The notes: generated from the sequence alone by a model not told the origin. A stretch of 64,000 nt of DNA from Tubulanus polymorphus (GCF_964204645.1 NC_134031.1:4464001-4528000); one strand, 5' to 3'; numbered from the stretch's first letter, positions 12,251 through 25,019 are shown. Numbers and translations are program-made.

Positions 12251-13009
12251 GGTATGCGTCTGAATACTCTGGATTGAACTAATACCAAAAATACATCCTC
12301 TTTATGTATTTTTGCTAATACGGATTGATCGGCAAGTGTAGACACTGCCTATATGGAAAGGCTTAGTTCTAAGAAATCTTCGTCTTTCAAGCGCATCATT
12401 AAATTTCTTTTAGATAGGTACTCGAGAACATATTAACCGTGGCTACGGTTGTTATCGTTGTCTGCTTCAGACACGGCAGACTCTCAAAGGCAAATCGAGA
12501 AAAAAGATCGTCTGCTAAAGAATTTTTACTTGAAAGCTATCGGTGACGTCTAATACTCCTTTTACTTCTTGTCGGAAGATGTACACCACGCATTCTATCA
12601 GAGATAATTAAAGCTGGGCAAACAAAAAGGTGGTCTACTGAATCAACAAAGTTACCCGAACTATTTCTACCTCATTGCGAAGATCGGATATCTGGGATGA
12701 ACGTTTTTGTGTGTAGATTGTCATTTCTTTCGTCAAACCGAATTCCGTCGGGGAATGTTTACCGTTGGATCCTCAACATTCATTAGTGGAAATTGAAATA
12801 CAAAACCATTGCGCTTACCCTTACGGTTTTTCTAACTTTTGAATTGAACGAAATGGAAATTTTCACGAAGAGCTACGCCTGAGTAAATTAGAAGATGGTG
12901 CATAAACCTCGGATTTTGATTAGCTGCTAATGACAACATCAACATTTCCGATAAATTCAGATTCACGATTGAAATTAACTAAGTTATTTCATTTCTTTGA
13001 TATACGTAG

Positions 13010-16000
13010 GCACAGATCTTGTTCCTCGTAGGGACTTCGTTATTCAATTCCAGTGGTAAGATAAAAGTAGACCATAGTGACATAAAACTGTTCCACATCT
13101 GCTGCAGTCATTCATTACTCCGCCTTAAAAGGAAGTTATCGACTTCACAGATGAATTATTTTCGATACCGACAAATATAATCTCGTGTAAGGGTAACTCA
13201 CTGTAAAATAGATTGAATATTCGTGCGCATTTTTCGATTCATTCTATAATGTAACTCATCGTCTATAAGAGTCTTGGCATTGAAACTGTAAACTTTTAAG
13301 CTCGAGTCTATTTTTGGCTATTTTAAGCAAAGTCAATTATTTTTTAGTATGTTTCACTGTACTTACATATAGATCTCGCATGTAGCATGTCGGTCACGTG
13401 AAAAATCATATGCTAGGCGGACATTAGTTTTTGAGGTTGGTCGACCATTTACGAACTAAGCAGAGTGTCAGTAAGTCCGAATTATGGTTCGAAAAGAGTC
13501 AATCACGCGATTGAGCATGGTCGCTGTAGTTCGGACTTCGTTCCAAGATGGCCGACAGTTTCACACTGTAGTGTATTGGATTTAATAGTTCCAACCACTA
13601 GTTAACTAGTTACGAACATCTAAGTTCGCCCAGGCTGCCGAGCACCTAAAACTACAAAAGAAATATCCGGTAGTAATTCGCCGGTGGTCGTCATTTTAAT
13701 CATGGCAGCTTCTCCAGTGTCATCAACATTGGTGTAATCCCTTAGTAACGAAGCGTTTGTGCTATACATATCACAATCTACAAAAAGACATTGGACAATT
13801 CATCTCCGAAGCCTTTGCTAGTATGTTATCATTCAAGTATCTGTTTTAAGTCTTTACAATTACTTCTTAAGTCTTTTTATTACCAATGTATAATTACTCA
13901 AGTATTAGTAATTAGTGTATATAATATCTTTTTATGTTTTCTTTTCTTTCTCAAATTTGGTTATTATCATTGTTAACCTATAATATCTCTTTTACACTCT
14001 GTATGTCTCAGTGCGTAAGAATTTTTAAATACAACAAAGAGTCTTTTTGAATTGAATTGAATTATCACATAAGTTAAAGATCCCATACTTGGTGAACAAC
14101 CGATTGGAAATCTATCTTAGGCCCCACAAGACCTTAGGCCACCAAGAAAGAAAATCAAAGAACAATTTGAATCATCAGTGAATGTTATGCGGCCTCATGC
14201 ATCCTAACGTTTTCTGAAATTAACCCTATTTATTAAACGAATCATTTGCATCTATTTTGTATTCTAAGACACGGTTTTTCGCAATGACTTCACGATCAAC
14301 TAGCTCAGCTCCGTCAAGTAAGCGACATGAAAAACCACAACGAAGAAAGAGGCAGCAATATTGTCAATATCTTTCGTGGACGCATGGCAGGGATTGATTA
14401 GAGGACCAACGGAAAAAGAACAAAATGCTCTTTGGCAAACATATTTCTATATCAACTCAATCTTCAAGCCTGTGGATACCTTATACCCCGTCTTGTCCAT
14501 CCGTGTGATGTTTACTCAATTGCGTTCGCACGCGGTCACATCAACGCCACGAAATGAAAGCTGATATTTCGTACAACAGGAAATGTTCTCGCGGCAATGC
14601 GTTCCTATTCACTAAATCATCGTTAAGGAAATGATCTGAGAATTCGATGTTATCGTGAGAAACAAATGTTTACCTTCGGGTGCAGGATATTTCATCCAGC
14701 GATGAATCGGTGCAAAAACCATAATAGGTAATGTGGCGCAGAGTCCATTTGTTAGTACATCGCGAAAATGAAGTGATTCTGTCGCCGTTGCTTTGTTTTA
14801 TTAATACGTTGATGGCGGGTGTTATTCATGTTTATATATACACGATGAGTTAGATTTGTCGAGTGAGTTGTAGACGTAAACTCGGAATTTATGCAAAAAT
14901 GCTTAACCTAAGAGATATAGAATCTAATAATCCCATCCGTAGTTACATGAACAAGACTACATGTGTAATGGTCGTGACAAGTGCAGGAATGATTATCAGC
15001 CGGTTTACCGTCACTAAGATAGCGCTGAACTGATATCTGGAGAAATTCTCTAAAGTAACCATAAGAGACGGGGTTAACAGTTCCGTGTACGTTTGTGGTC
15101 ATTTCCATCACCGCAGAAATAGGTAACAAAACAACAATATCGGTATCGGTTGACATTACGAGCGACAGGTTGACATCACAGCGATTAATGATCCACACTA
15201 ATGACCTCTTTTTCCGTCGCAAACCAAACGGCCAAAATCATCGTTGCACATCACGTCCAGTAGGAAGATGAACCTTGGGCGCTGGCAAATTGGATTTGTT
15301 ACTATTGAAGGAAAGTCGTCTAAATGTACATCTACCTGCGAATGTGTAAATCGGCCAATATCGAGCAGGAGTCATGGACGCGGCCATGTAATATAAGGCT
15401 GTCCATGGCCAAACCAACGTAAGATTACATGCTGTTTTCGGTGAGGTTGCCATATCACCACTTATCGTGCGAGCTCCTTCCTTACATACTGAATGCCCCT
15501 TCAAGGAGCCGGGTAAAATGCTACACGAATATATAAGGCCGGATATATAGACATCTCGTTTCAGATCAAAGATCGATACGTTCTGAAGCATACGGATGCA
15601 TTTCACAGAGGCAGTATGTGATTAATTATATCTACACATCGACAAAAATCGTCCAATTATTGCGTAAACCGCTCGGGTGGCAAAATGATCGAACGGAACG
15701 CTCCGCAAATCCGACTAAACCGAATTATATGTATAGATTGCGTGTTGAACAGCTTTGAGCAATGTCGGTTGCGAGATTTAATTATAGAGCCGTCACAAAA
15801 TATTAACGAAGCACCATGATACGCCTTCTTACCGGGATACCTGAACGCCGTGACCTAATTGATTTTTTTCCACCACAAAGGCGGAAGAAAAATCGAATTT
15901 AAGCCGTCACATTCTTCAGTCGCTTGCCGTTTCAGGGTGGTCGGAACCGAAATTTCCAATTATGTACATGTACTTCGATTAAAACAGAAAATGCTGTATA

Positions 16001-17515
16001 TACGACCGTCGATCACACAACCAGTAGGCTACTACGATTTCTGATTTCAAAATCAAACCACTATTTCGCTCCCGGCAGGTGTGGTGAATTTGTAAGAGAC
16101 ACCAAATCAAACGAAATCTATCAATCAGATAAATAACAGTTTCGATCCTTATTCTAACGGTGGCCCTCGCTTTCCCCACAATGCTTTGAACAAAGTGTAT
16201 TTTGTAAAAAGCCGACCCGTTTCTACAGCATTTTACTAAAATCATTAGCTTTTTAGTATGTAAACCGCCGAATATTAGTGGGATCTTCTAGAAATTCTGT
16301 ATGGTAATCCTTCCATAAGAGATGGCTGCCCCCTAACTCTGCTATGACCGGACGACGCTTACAGATCCAATCACAGTTGACGATTTGATAGTTTCACAAA
16401 CGATTTTGGAGGCAGTTGTCGTTTATAACAGGCTGTTTCGATCAACATCTCAAGGTAGTTATAAGATAAACTGTTGAATGATATTTTTCAGACGGTGAAA
16501 TGACGCGGGATGATAAAATAGTTGTTATGACGACCGTGTTGGTGTTTTGTTTTCCAATCCTCATCATCGGTATCATTTGTCTTTTGCGTGTACGCGTGCA
16601 CCTGTTAGACGTAAGGGATAAGAAAAAAGGTCGCAGAAGACAACAACAAGAGTAAGTTACAGATGGCCCTACGGGCAAAGAAGAATGATTTGTGCGGGTA
16701 TTGTTTCCACGAGTCCCGCTAGAATAAAAAAGAAATCTTCATTTGTAAGACGTCGCATTATTGAGCACGTCATAGCTGTACTATGATTAATCCCAAGATA
16801 AGGCTCTTAGGAAAAAATGCCCGTGCATCTCCAACATTGGATAATGAAACCGCAAATTTGTACCCGATATTCTAGGGTTTCTGAGCTTGTCTCGATGTTT
16901 TGTGGTTTCAAAATATAGAACGGCAATGTCTACGATTGTCAGTTTATTTTTGACGCCGTAAAAACCGTTATAATAATGTTTATAAACATATCGCGTTATT
17001 TGAAGGGTTCTGTGTGAGTCGATGTGTATTACGTCATCAATATTGGCGTTTCAATATAACAATTACAATAATGTGAATTTTGGCACTTATTTTGTAATTG
17101 AATATATTTCATAACTCTTATTTCATACTTGATTAATTCTAATATGTATTTTCGAGAGGAATCAATATATCGGGGCTAGACTGGTTGCCGGTCAATTCAA
17201 TTCAATCATCGATATATTCAAATCCAAAAATAACTTAATCGATCCTTGATATCATGCAATTCATATCATATCATTCATTTTCGACAATATTAAACACTAG
17301 ACGCGTTTTTTTACAAGGCGTCGATAAACTTTGAAGTTGGTTTTCTATCTGTCTATATTTTTGCCTTATCTTGCAGGTGCATGTCTTCGGTAACGATCCT
17401 AACAGCGCCAATATCTCGCGAAAACTCCATGATAAACGAGGAATCTATACGTCTTACGCGCAATACGTCATCGAATACTGGCGATCTCAGTTCACCAAAC
17501 GATGACTACAGTTAA
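13010..17515 (+). CDS. Small single-pass membrane protein of unknown family. Exons 13010-13055 (tentative), 16492-16651, 17377-17515. 96 aa from ATG 16500, longer if upstream exons are coding
   Basis: Phase-matched junctions give (AQILFLVGTSLFNSSDGE)MTRDDKIVVMTTVLVFCFPILIIGIICLLRVRVHLLDVRDKKKGRRRQQQECMSSVTILTAPISRENSMINEESIRLTRNTSSNTGDLSSPNDDYS*. There is a 23-aa hydrophobic helix followed by a basic cluster, with strong tttcag/gtaagt/ttgcag splice sites. Confidence 0.68.
15941..16110 (+). repeat. Dispersed repeat shared with 28473-28625
   Basis: cggaaccgaaatttcc...gtacttcgatt(t)aaac...gatttcaaaat(c/a)aaacc...tttgtaag occurs at both positions. Confidence 0.6.
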
Positions 17516-17579
17516 AGCCGCGCAGACGAGGCGAGAAAAACGTGTACGCAAAATGCAGTGCGGCAGACTCACCTCATTG

Positions 17580-17742
17580 TATGGGCGGCCATTCCCGCTA
17601 AAAATCAGTAAAAATCTCCGTCGGCCAAAATGTAAAATGTAACGTAATATCGTGTAATGTCAGCTAATTGACACAAGGGGTGATACTGTACAGATAGTAA
17701 TTTTCCGCTTTGCGATGTTTTCTGGGAATGACCGCCCATACC
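17580..17742. repeat. Inverted-repeat (MITE-like) element
   Basis: tatgggcggccattccc ... gggaatgaccgcccata arms. Confidence 0.55.
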
Positions 17743-18846
17743 CGAGTGCGGGTGATTTTCTACATTTCGCGCTAAATGCGTACGAACTTTGCGCGGCGGG
17801 CTGGAGCTGTCAAATACAAACATTCAGAAACCGTAAACCGCATACGGCACTAAATCAAATTGATTTAACCACCAACATATAGACTCGTTTACATGATTTA
17901 ACCTTGGAGTAATCAGACTGATTACTCCAGGATTTAACTATGTGCAACCCATGGGCGCTTTATTGTACACATTGACGGCAGGCAGAGGTACAAGGCTGTG
18001 GCAGTTGTTTTTATAGAGAAATCATTTTTAATGTGCCCAAACACTCGCTAAGGCGTATCTCTTACAATCTTGTGGTTACGATTACAGAAGTTATGAATAA
18101 TTTATGGTTTCGTTCAGAGCAATACGAAAGCACTTAGAAAATCATCAATGCCATTGACATTTGGCGACTGTGTATAGTGTATCTTCTTCGATATGTTACC
18201 GTTTCAATAAACCTTCACGAAATCTGTATGTTTTCGGAATCAAAAAATGATCGTGAAAAGATTCGCAGAATGAACGTTGTATGCGACGTTAAAGAAAAGC
18301 GAAATAAAATTCAGATAAAAAAACCTACTGAAGATAAAGCTGTTGAATATAGCTTTGACTTCAACGGCGAAAAACCAAAACACTTATAAAGTAAGTGACA
18401 ATGTAAAAATTCAAGAAATTTGACAAAATGGAGGATTTTCTCTCTCATTCAATTGGACTTGAGGAGTCTTTTTGCCAATCCATCTAATTGGTACAGAACT
18501 GGAAATATATCGGATATTCAGTTGTTGTCCGCGATTTTTGGCATTCTGTTAAGACATAAATGAGGTATGTACCCCAAAAAGTAAGCAAAATATCCAAGAA
18601 AAACAGGTCTCATCCATTAATAAATAGACATTAGGAATATCTAAATCGTGAATTCTGTATCGATTAGAGATTTTTTCCTCCATTCCAGCATTCGAGTGTC
18701 TTTTCTATCGCATTACGCGCAAATTACAACGAAGATCGTGTACATCGAGCGCGATTGTCGATGCGAGTAAATCTGACAAGTTCCCACCCACACTTTACCG
18801 ATATTACGATCTTGTTCGATATCACAGTCGAATTTGGTGTTATACG

Positions 18847-19262
18847 TACGGAAGCGATAAGGGGCCTCGAGATGTCACGTTCCAACTCGACAAGTCGTCA
18901 TATTTATGTCGACATATCGCGATATATCGCGTCAAGTCGACATGAATATGTCGATATATCGTGACGTTTTCACGACATATTTCGTTTTCTCGACGACTTT
19001 CCTCGCGACAAGTCGACATATTCATGACGACTTGAAACTCAGTCGTCATATTACTGGTGTCCTCATCTTACATTTACACATGTCTTCAAATGACGGCTTG
19101 TCCCGTGGAAAATGGGCGAAAAAGCGAAATTTGTCGTGAAAACGTCACGATATGTCGACATATTCATGTCGACTTGACGCGATATATCACGGTATGTCGA
19201 CATAAATATGACGACTTGTCGACTTGGAACGGGACATCTCGAGGCCCCTTATCGCTTCCGTA
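18847..19262. mobile_element. 416-bp foldback/MITE with ~140-bp terminal inverted repeats, in TA-rich flanks
   Basis: Left end TACGGAAGCGATAAGGGGCCTCGAGATGTC... is mirrored by ...GACATCTCGAGGCCCCTTATCGCTTCCGTA, with internal GTCGAC/CGACA subrepeats. It explains the mirror-image ORFs listed at 18755-19332. Confidence 0.9.
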
Positions 19263-21368
19263 TATACATATATATGAAATAAAGGGCGCGCACTCAATCA
19301 GTCTGAAGAGATTGACTAGAGTAGAAATATGATACGTGGCAGATTCTATTGTTTCGAGCCTAGTATTTCATATATAATGGGGTACTTTTTCTAGAACGCA
19401 CGGTTATCTTGGGAGTGATTTTCTGTGTAAATTGCTTTCACGGCACAAATTTCATTTCGAAAATTGTACATTGCCGGATTCGTTATTTATGGCAGCCCTG
19501 AATTTGCCGTATACGAGTTTAGGCAATTTTCATGCGAACGACTTGACGTGACGCGAGAAACGATCCCCATAACGACGGAGACCTCTGAAAACGAATACAA
19601 ACATATTTACGTCATAAGACTTAATTGATATAAAATATTTGAGTGTAGGTAGGTAAATAACAAGGAACGAGGAATTAAGAGAGAAAAAAGTATCTCCGCT
19701 GGTAATTTGATCAAGCGTTGTTCGGCGCCGTATACAAGCTTAAGAGCAACTCTGATGGGGAAAAACAACACTACTGTTAATTAGTAATCTCAAGCAACCA
19801 TTGTAGTCGATGGATCTAGCAGACACGATATCTATGCTCCGCGAACTATTTGGCATTCAGGTATCTTGCCATCAGAAACCAGACAAAATCCTCCAGTTTA
19901 CATTCAGTATTGGGTTTCCAGGCGGAAATTCCGGATGATGGTGGTCGATGAACCAGTGCGGGCGTACTGCTAGTATTCCAATTTGCGGTGGCTTTATTTT
20001 GTGGACGAGTGTCGATCGAATGTGAATTTTTCATGATACAATCGATAGCAATTGCCGAATCGAAACGAATAGTACAGAAAACGTTTTTCGATAAAGTTCT
20101 ATTATTATTTTCACGTGAAACAACACGGAATAACAGCCTGTCCAACCGCGAAGGAATTTTATTTCTTAAACAATAGATTTCATTTCAGAGAAGGTCTTCT
20201 ATACATTACTAGTTCTATGTCACACAAATCGCAAAAGCATTAGAACTAAGCAGTGAGAAATTGAATGAGCAGTTTGACACGTCAATAGTTTGTACAGTGA
20301 TTAAAGTTTTTACTACAATAGCATAATTTTCTCGATTCTTCGGATAACCAATGACAAAAAAGAAAGTAAAGGAATTCAACTCGCAAGTTTTGAATTCTTA
20401 GACCGTTCATTCCTCTGATCTCTGTCCGCCCGCCCATCTCGATGTTCGATAGAAATGCTGTAAATCATAGATTCAGGAGCTGCATTGACAGTTCTCTACA
20501 TTAAATCAGAAAGTCGTAAAACGCTTTGCGGTTACACATTAATCTTTTACTTCCAGTGGAAAGACATTAAACTACGTCGTTAGTTTGTTAGTTTAACGGC
20601 GTATTTAGTGTCTTTTCGAAGTAAGATTCGGTACTAATTTACTTTCCCTAGATTGAAGTGGCTCGATGAGTATATCCGTGTCATCCCCGCGGATTCTAAG
20701 CTATCGTGTTCCATGCGTAGGTTCTCCGTATAACAATAGGCTGACGCGTCCCTGAAGAAATGAATACAGAATACGTTTGGCAGAAAACGATATTATGTAT
20801 TTATGAGGCATCTGCTTACAGATATCTAGTTTCAGAAATGCGTCTGATACATTTTTTATCCCATTCTTCCTCCAAATCGTCACGGCGATCTCCTCATATA
20901 TGAGACAATCATCTTTCGCCACAAAGGCGCATCAAATATACATTCCCTTTGGCGTTTGATAGCAATAAAGATGACATCCGATCCTTGCCAGAACCTGGAT
21001 CATTAACTATGTATGTCGACTATTTCGGAATTAGGTACAGTATTTCAAGTTTATAAATCCTGGGCCCAGTTACACAGCACGTGCTTTTAACATTTTTTTT
21101 TCAATATTTCTATTAACAAAGTATAGGCCGGTCTTTATTCAATGCCAATTTCCGCCTAAATGGTATAACTGGATCCTGCATGGATAAGCTACACTCGGCA
21201 ATTTCAGATACAGCATTTCAACCTGCCAATAGAACTAGCTATAATGATTTTGATTATAATAATGATAAACTGTAAATCTATAAGCGCCTGTTTCATTCAG
21301 GAAATGGTCACCAGCGCTTTATGCTTAGTGAAAAACTGCACCCACAGTCCATACGCTTTACAGAAAAG

Positions 21369-21482
21369 CTGGGCTCAGTTCCACAGTCGTGAGTTAGAGT
21401 TAACTCTGAGTTAAAATCAATTCATTTTCAATGAGTTCACTCGGAGTCAAATCTTAACTCAGAACTATGGAACTGGGTCCAG
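21369..21482. mobile_element. Short MITE (CTGGGC.CAGTTCCACAG...GGAACTGGG.CCAG). Second copy at ~22186-22302, fragments at ~21060 and ~54510
   Basis: Terminal inverted repeats and internal gagttaactctgagttaa palindromes shared between copies. Confidence 0.75.
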
Positions 21483-22569
21483 GTGTTCCAGACCGTGTTT
21501 GAATGTGTTCAGAGCATCAATTTTCCGCATCCCTGAATCCAAAGAGTTCCACGAAGATGAAGCAATATATTAGAAGCAACGTCCGCCAAATGTTTCTAGA
21601 CAGTCGGGATGCGGGGACAAAAGATTGCCAGAACTGGATCGGAGGGGACGTGCTGGTACATATGGAACTTGCTGGTATATATGGAACTATCAAATCGTGT
21701 AGGAAACGAGGAACCGGGTTGTTTAGTTATAGCTTTACAATACTTTTACTATTTTGCTCTCTACCGCGATTTTGTTCATACAACACTGCGAATAGGTAGG
21801 CAGAGAATGAAGGGCTTTTTTGATTTTATGAACGCCTGCCTGCGACGAACGCACGGAGTGTATTCGTCTCTAAATGTCGATTGGTCATCAATTCGCCATT
21901 AACTCTGATGATGAAAAACAGTTATCGGGGCCGGTGTCGTCTGCGTGTCAGCGAGTTTTTATTGACATCGTTTTTATTGACATTGCTCTCGCAGTAATGT
22001 AGAAAGTGGATTTATTTTTCAAATTACACACGATCAACGCAAAAACAAATCGACCAAACTTTCAAGAGATCGTTCCGTTTCGGGAGAATATGGAGTCGTC
22101 TTCGGTCAATACCCACGGACAGAATTATCGATACAGTCCAATGCGATGCGGATTGGAAATTGATTGAATTCCTACTGTTTTTTCACGGGTGTTCGACTCC
22201 ACAGTTCCGAGTTAAGACTTGACTCTGAGTTAACTCATTTAAAATGAAATAACTTAAAATCAGAGTTAACGTTTAACGTTAACTGTGGAACTGTGGGCCC
22301 AGGTGGCTGATTTCAGACTCTATAGCCTACATGACTGGAGACTTTTCACTCGAAAGGACACAATTGAGAATAAAACTACATCGTTTGGTTTTAAACGTGT
22401 TTTGATGCATGTAGATGAATAATAATACACGTGACGCGAACGCGAGACAATAACACGATTGAATTTGTACATTTTCAACTCTGAGTATTCGAAAAGAATA
22501 GTCTTACTATCTTATTATGTCATAATTCTGAATTCATTTAATATCAATCATTTTATTAGTAATCCTAAT

Positions 22570-22889
22570 CATGGGCGTCACCAGATGGGGTCGGGGGGTG
22601 AGGACTTTTAAAAAATAAAAGTTCCGCACTTTTCTAGTTCCAAATTTTGTTTTTATTCACACTCCGGAAATCTTTTGAATAGTTTGAATTAAAATGTCCA
22701 GAAAACGCCCCTCATAAATCAAATTCGAATTCCAAAAATTCAGGCTATTTTACAACATTCAAGCAATTTCGACGATTCAGAAATGCTCGTTTCACTTCGG
22801 CGCCCGGCGGAAATAGCGCAAAATATCGCATAAATCTCCCCTTTATGAATTATTCTGACCCCCTTTTTAAACATTCTAGTGACGCTCTG
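22570..22889. mobile_element. MITE-like element (CA.GGGCGTCAC.AG ... CTAGTGACGC.CTG)
   Basis: Inverted termini catgggcgtcaccaga / tctagtgacgctctg. Confidence 0.55.
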
Positions 22890-22939
22890 AGATCAGTTGC
22901 ATAGGGACCGTTGACAGTCTTTCACCTATTGTAAACAAT

Positions 22940-24520
22940 CTATTCTAAAACCCAAACACAGTCGTCACTTCTCGTAGAAACGCCTGTAAACTTTCCGTTT
23001 CTAATCGCCAGGAATTTTTTGCCGAAGAGAGCGAATAGGACGACCTCTCGTTCACCGCTCGACGACTGGGTATCGGCTGCCACAGACCACTCTTCCGCTC
23101 CGTAATGCTGGCCTTTAGTGTACGTGTAATCACCGTTTGGATCGTAACCTTGAATTTAGAAAGTTCAGTAAAAATGATTAGGATAGAAAGCGGCCGAATG
23201 GTGACCTATGTTACTAATAAGAAACACGCCCAATAGCAGATCGTGGTATATTTACCGAGGTATCCATTGGATGCGTAATTCTTATAGAAGTAGCAACCAT
23301 CGCCTTTACTTTTACGTTCCTCGACCCAGTAACTCGTGCTTTCCGGTCGATCTCTGAGGACCAGCGTACTTCTCTCACCACTCGCCGGATGGAATTTTAC
23401 TTGCCCTAAACGATAATCAGTTACATCTCATCATTGTAGTGACTTGGTGACTAATGAAACTTTAAGTCGCTCTGTGAAAACTTGGAGTAATCATTTGATG
23501 TCAAATGATTACTCCAAGGGGAAACGTACCCTAGCGCAAATATAATAATCTTTATATACTCAATATCTCATCGTTACCTGATTAAAAAAAGTAGCTTAAT
23601 CACATAATGACGTTTATAAAGTTGCTCTACAGTTACCTGATTCAGCTAGGTATTTTCCAGTAAGTTTATGACGGAACGCTCGGCCTGGTTTCGCGTGGGT
23701 TACGGGAGCCGCGGATTCGGGGGATATCGCTGATTGGACAGCGTTGCCTCCCGCGTGGACGATCTCTTTAGCCAACGAATCGATACGCGTGTCCAGATTA
23801 GATTCATTCCTGGAATGATCGGCAACATTCTTTGCTTCACAACCGAACGCGATATTCAGTGACAATTTTTTTGACTTATCGTATACATACGGATATACCT
23901 GAAATCTATCCAAAGTAAACCGGCAGTAATGATTCCTAGCCAACCTGTCGCCTTCCAAGACGGTTCTGTCATCGCTGGTATGATTGTCTTTTCTTGGCTA
24001 TCAGCGTACGTCAATTCCCTTTTGCAGTTCTTCGAATCCTGAGAAATAGATAATACATCTATCTAAAACTGTCAAAATCGACCATTGGACCATTAATGTA
24101 TGATAAAACACGCATCACAAACAGTTTTTTTAAAGAGAAAAACGACATGGTGGCTAGCAGTTGTAGGATGGTTTATTTGCTTACTTAGGAATCAAATCAT
24201 TTTAATAGATCTGAAAGTGGAAAAAAATAAAGAAGATACTCACTTGATATTTATTTGTCATAAAACAACAAACGCATGCAGCGCCATCTACACCCTTTGC
24301 CATGCTGAAAGAACAGAAAAATGTACGCGTACGTTAAGTTATGACTCAGTTGATGGGATTTTCAGTCTATATACCTTTCGTTGATGTCACCAGACATTCC
24401 ACCCTCTATATCCATCCACACGTTTATTCCTCGCACTTTCAGACCTTTAAAGACTCGTTTAACGAGTTCCTGTCGGTCCCACTGGTATGACAGCATGACA
24501 TGACGCGTGGCTGTAGCCAT
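22940..24520 (-). CDS. TIR domain + beta-trefoil (fascin/ricin-B-like) fusion protein, 292 aa. Exons (minus strand) 24520-24375, 24304-24244, 24038-23899, 23809-23637, 23405-23256, 23148-22940. Possible upstream 20-nt micro-exon 25131-25112
   Basis: Six phase-consistent GT-AG exons: MATATRHVMLSYQWDRQELVKRVFKGLKVRGINVWMDIEGGMSGDINESMAKGVDGAACVCCFMTNKYQDSKNCKRELTYADSQEKTIIPAMTEPSWKATGWLGIITAGLLWIDFRNESNLDTRIDSLAKEIVHAGGNAVQSAISPESAAPVTHAKPGRAFRHKLTGKYLAESGQVKFHPASGERSTLVLRDRPESTSYWVEERKSKGDGCYFYKNYASNGYLGYDPNGDYTYTKGQHYGAEEWSVAADTQSSSGEREVVLFALFGKKFLAIRNGKFTGVSTRSDDCVWVLE*. TIR_2-type motifs (VMLSYxW, VWMD, YxxSxNCxxELxYA, IIP, WIDF) are clear. The beta-trefoil call is inferred from three GxYL...W repeats. 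Confidence 0.88.
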
Positions 24521-24830
24521 TATATTTGCTTTCCCAGATCTTGAAAATAGATATTTTCGAAATAGTTACGAATTTATGAATTACAATAAAAAGCACACTC
24601 AAAAGAATTCGTTTTCCTAGTCCTTCATTAGAAGCTGATTCATGTTAGATATATATTTTGAAAGGGTACTTGATCTTTTACATAATTATAATCGAATTTG
24701 ATGTTGATCTTTTTCTCTTCATTCTTATGCTAGTCTCAAATAAAAAGTATGATTTACATTTTCAGCGAAGCCTATACACTTCGTAAATTTGAATATCACA
24801 TCGAATGTCAAATGAATTGCATGTTGATAC

Positions 24831-25019
24831 CAGGGGTGGATTAAAGGGGTGGTCTTTAGGGTCTGGGCCTTTCGGATGAATTTCTTCAAAAATACCTAAA
24901 AACGTGGGCGGAACCATGTAGAACCCCATTAGAGGCCGTTGATTAGGCAGCTTAATCGGAGAAATGTCTTATCTTTTCTTCCGGACTTCGGCCTTCCAAT
25001 TTTCCTAGATCCGCCCCTG
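24831..25019. mobile_element. MITE with CAGGGG(T/C)GGAT...ATCCGCCCCTG termini (hAT-like ends)
   Basis: Terminal inverted repeats. The right end cggccttccaattttcctagatccgcc is identical to the copy at 40952-40978. Confidence 0.75.

Noticed and set aside
14908-15606. Two adjacent 104- and 122-aa minus-strand ORFs
   Set aside because: No recognisable motifs and no consistent splice chain. They lie within an intron of the putative microprotein gene.
18755-19332. Four overlapping ORFs with mutually similar sequences
   Set aside because: Artefact of the long inverted repeat. No transposase motifs.
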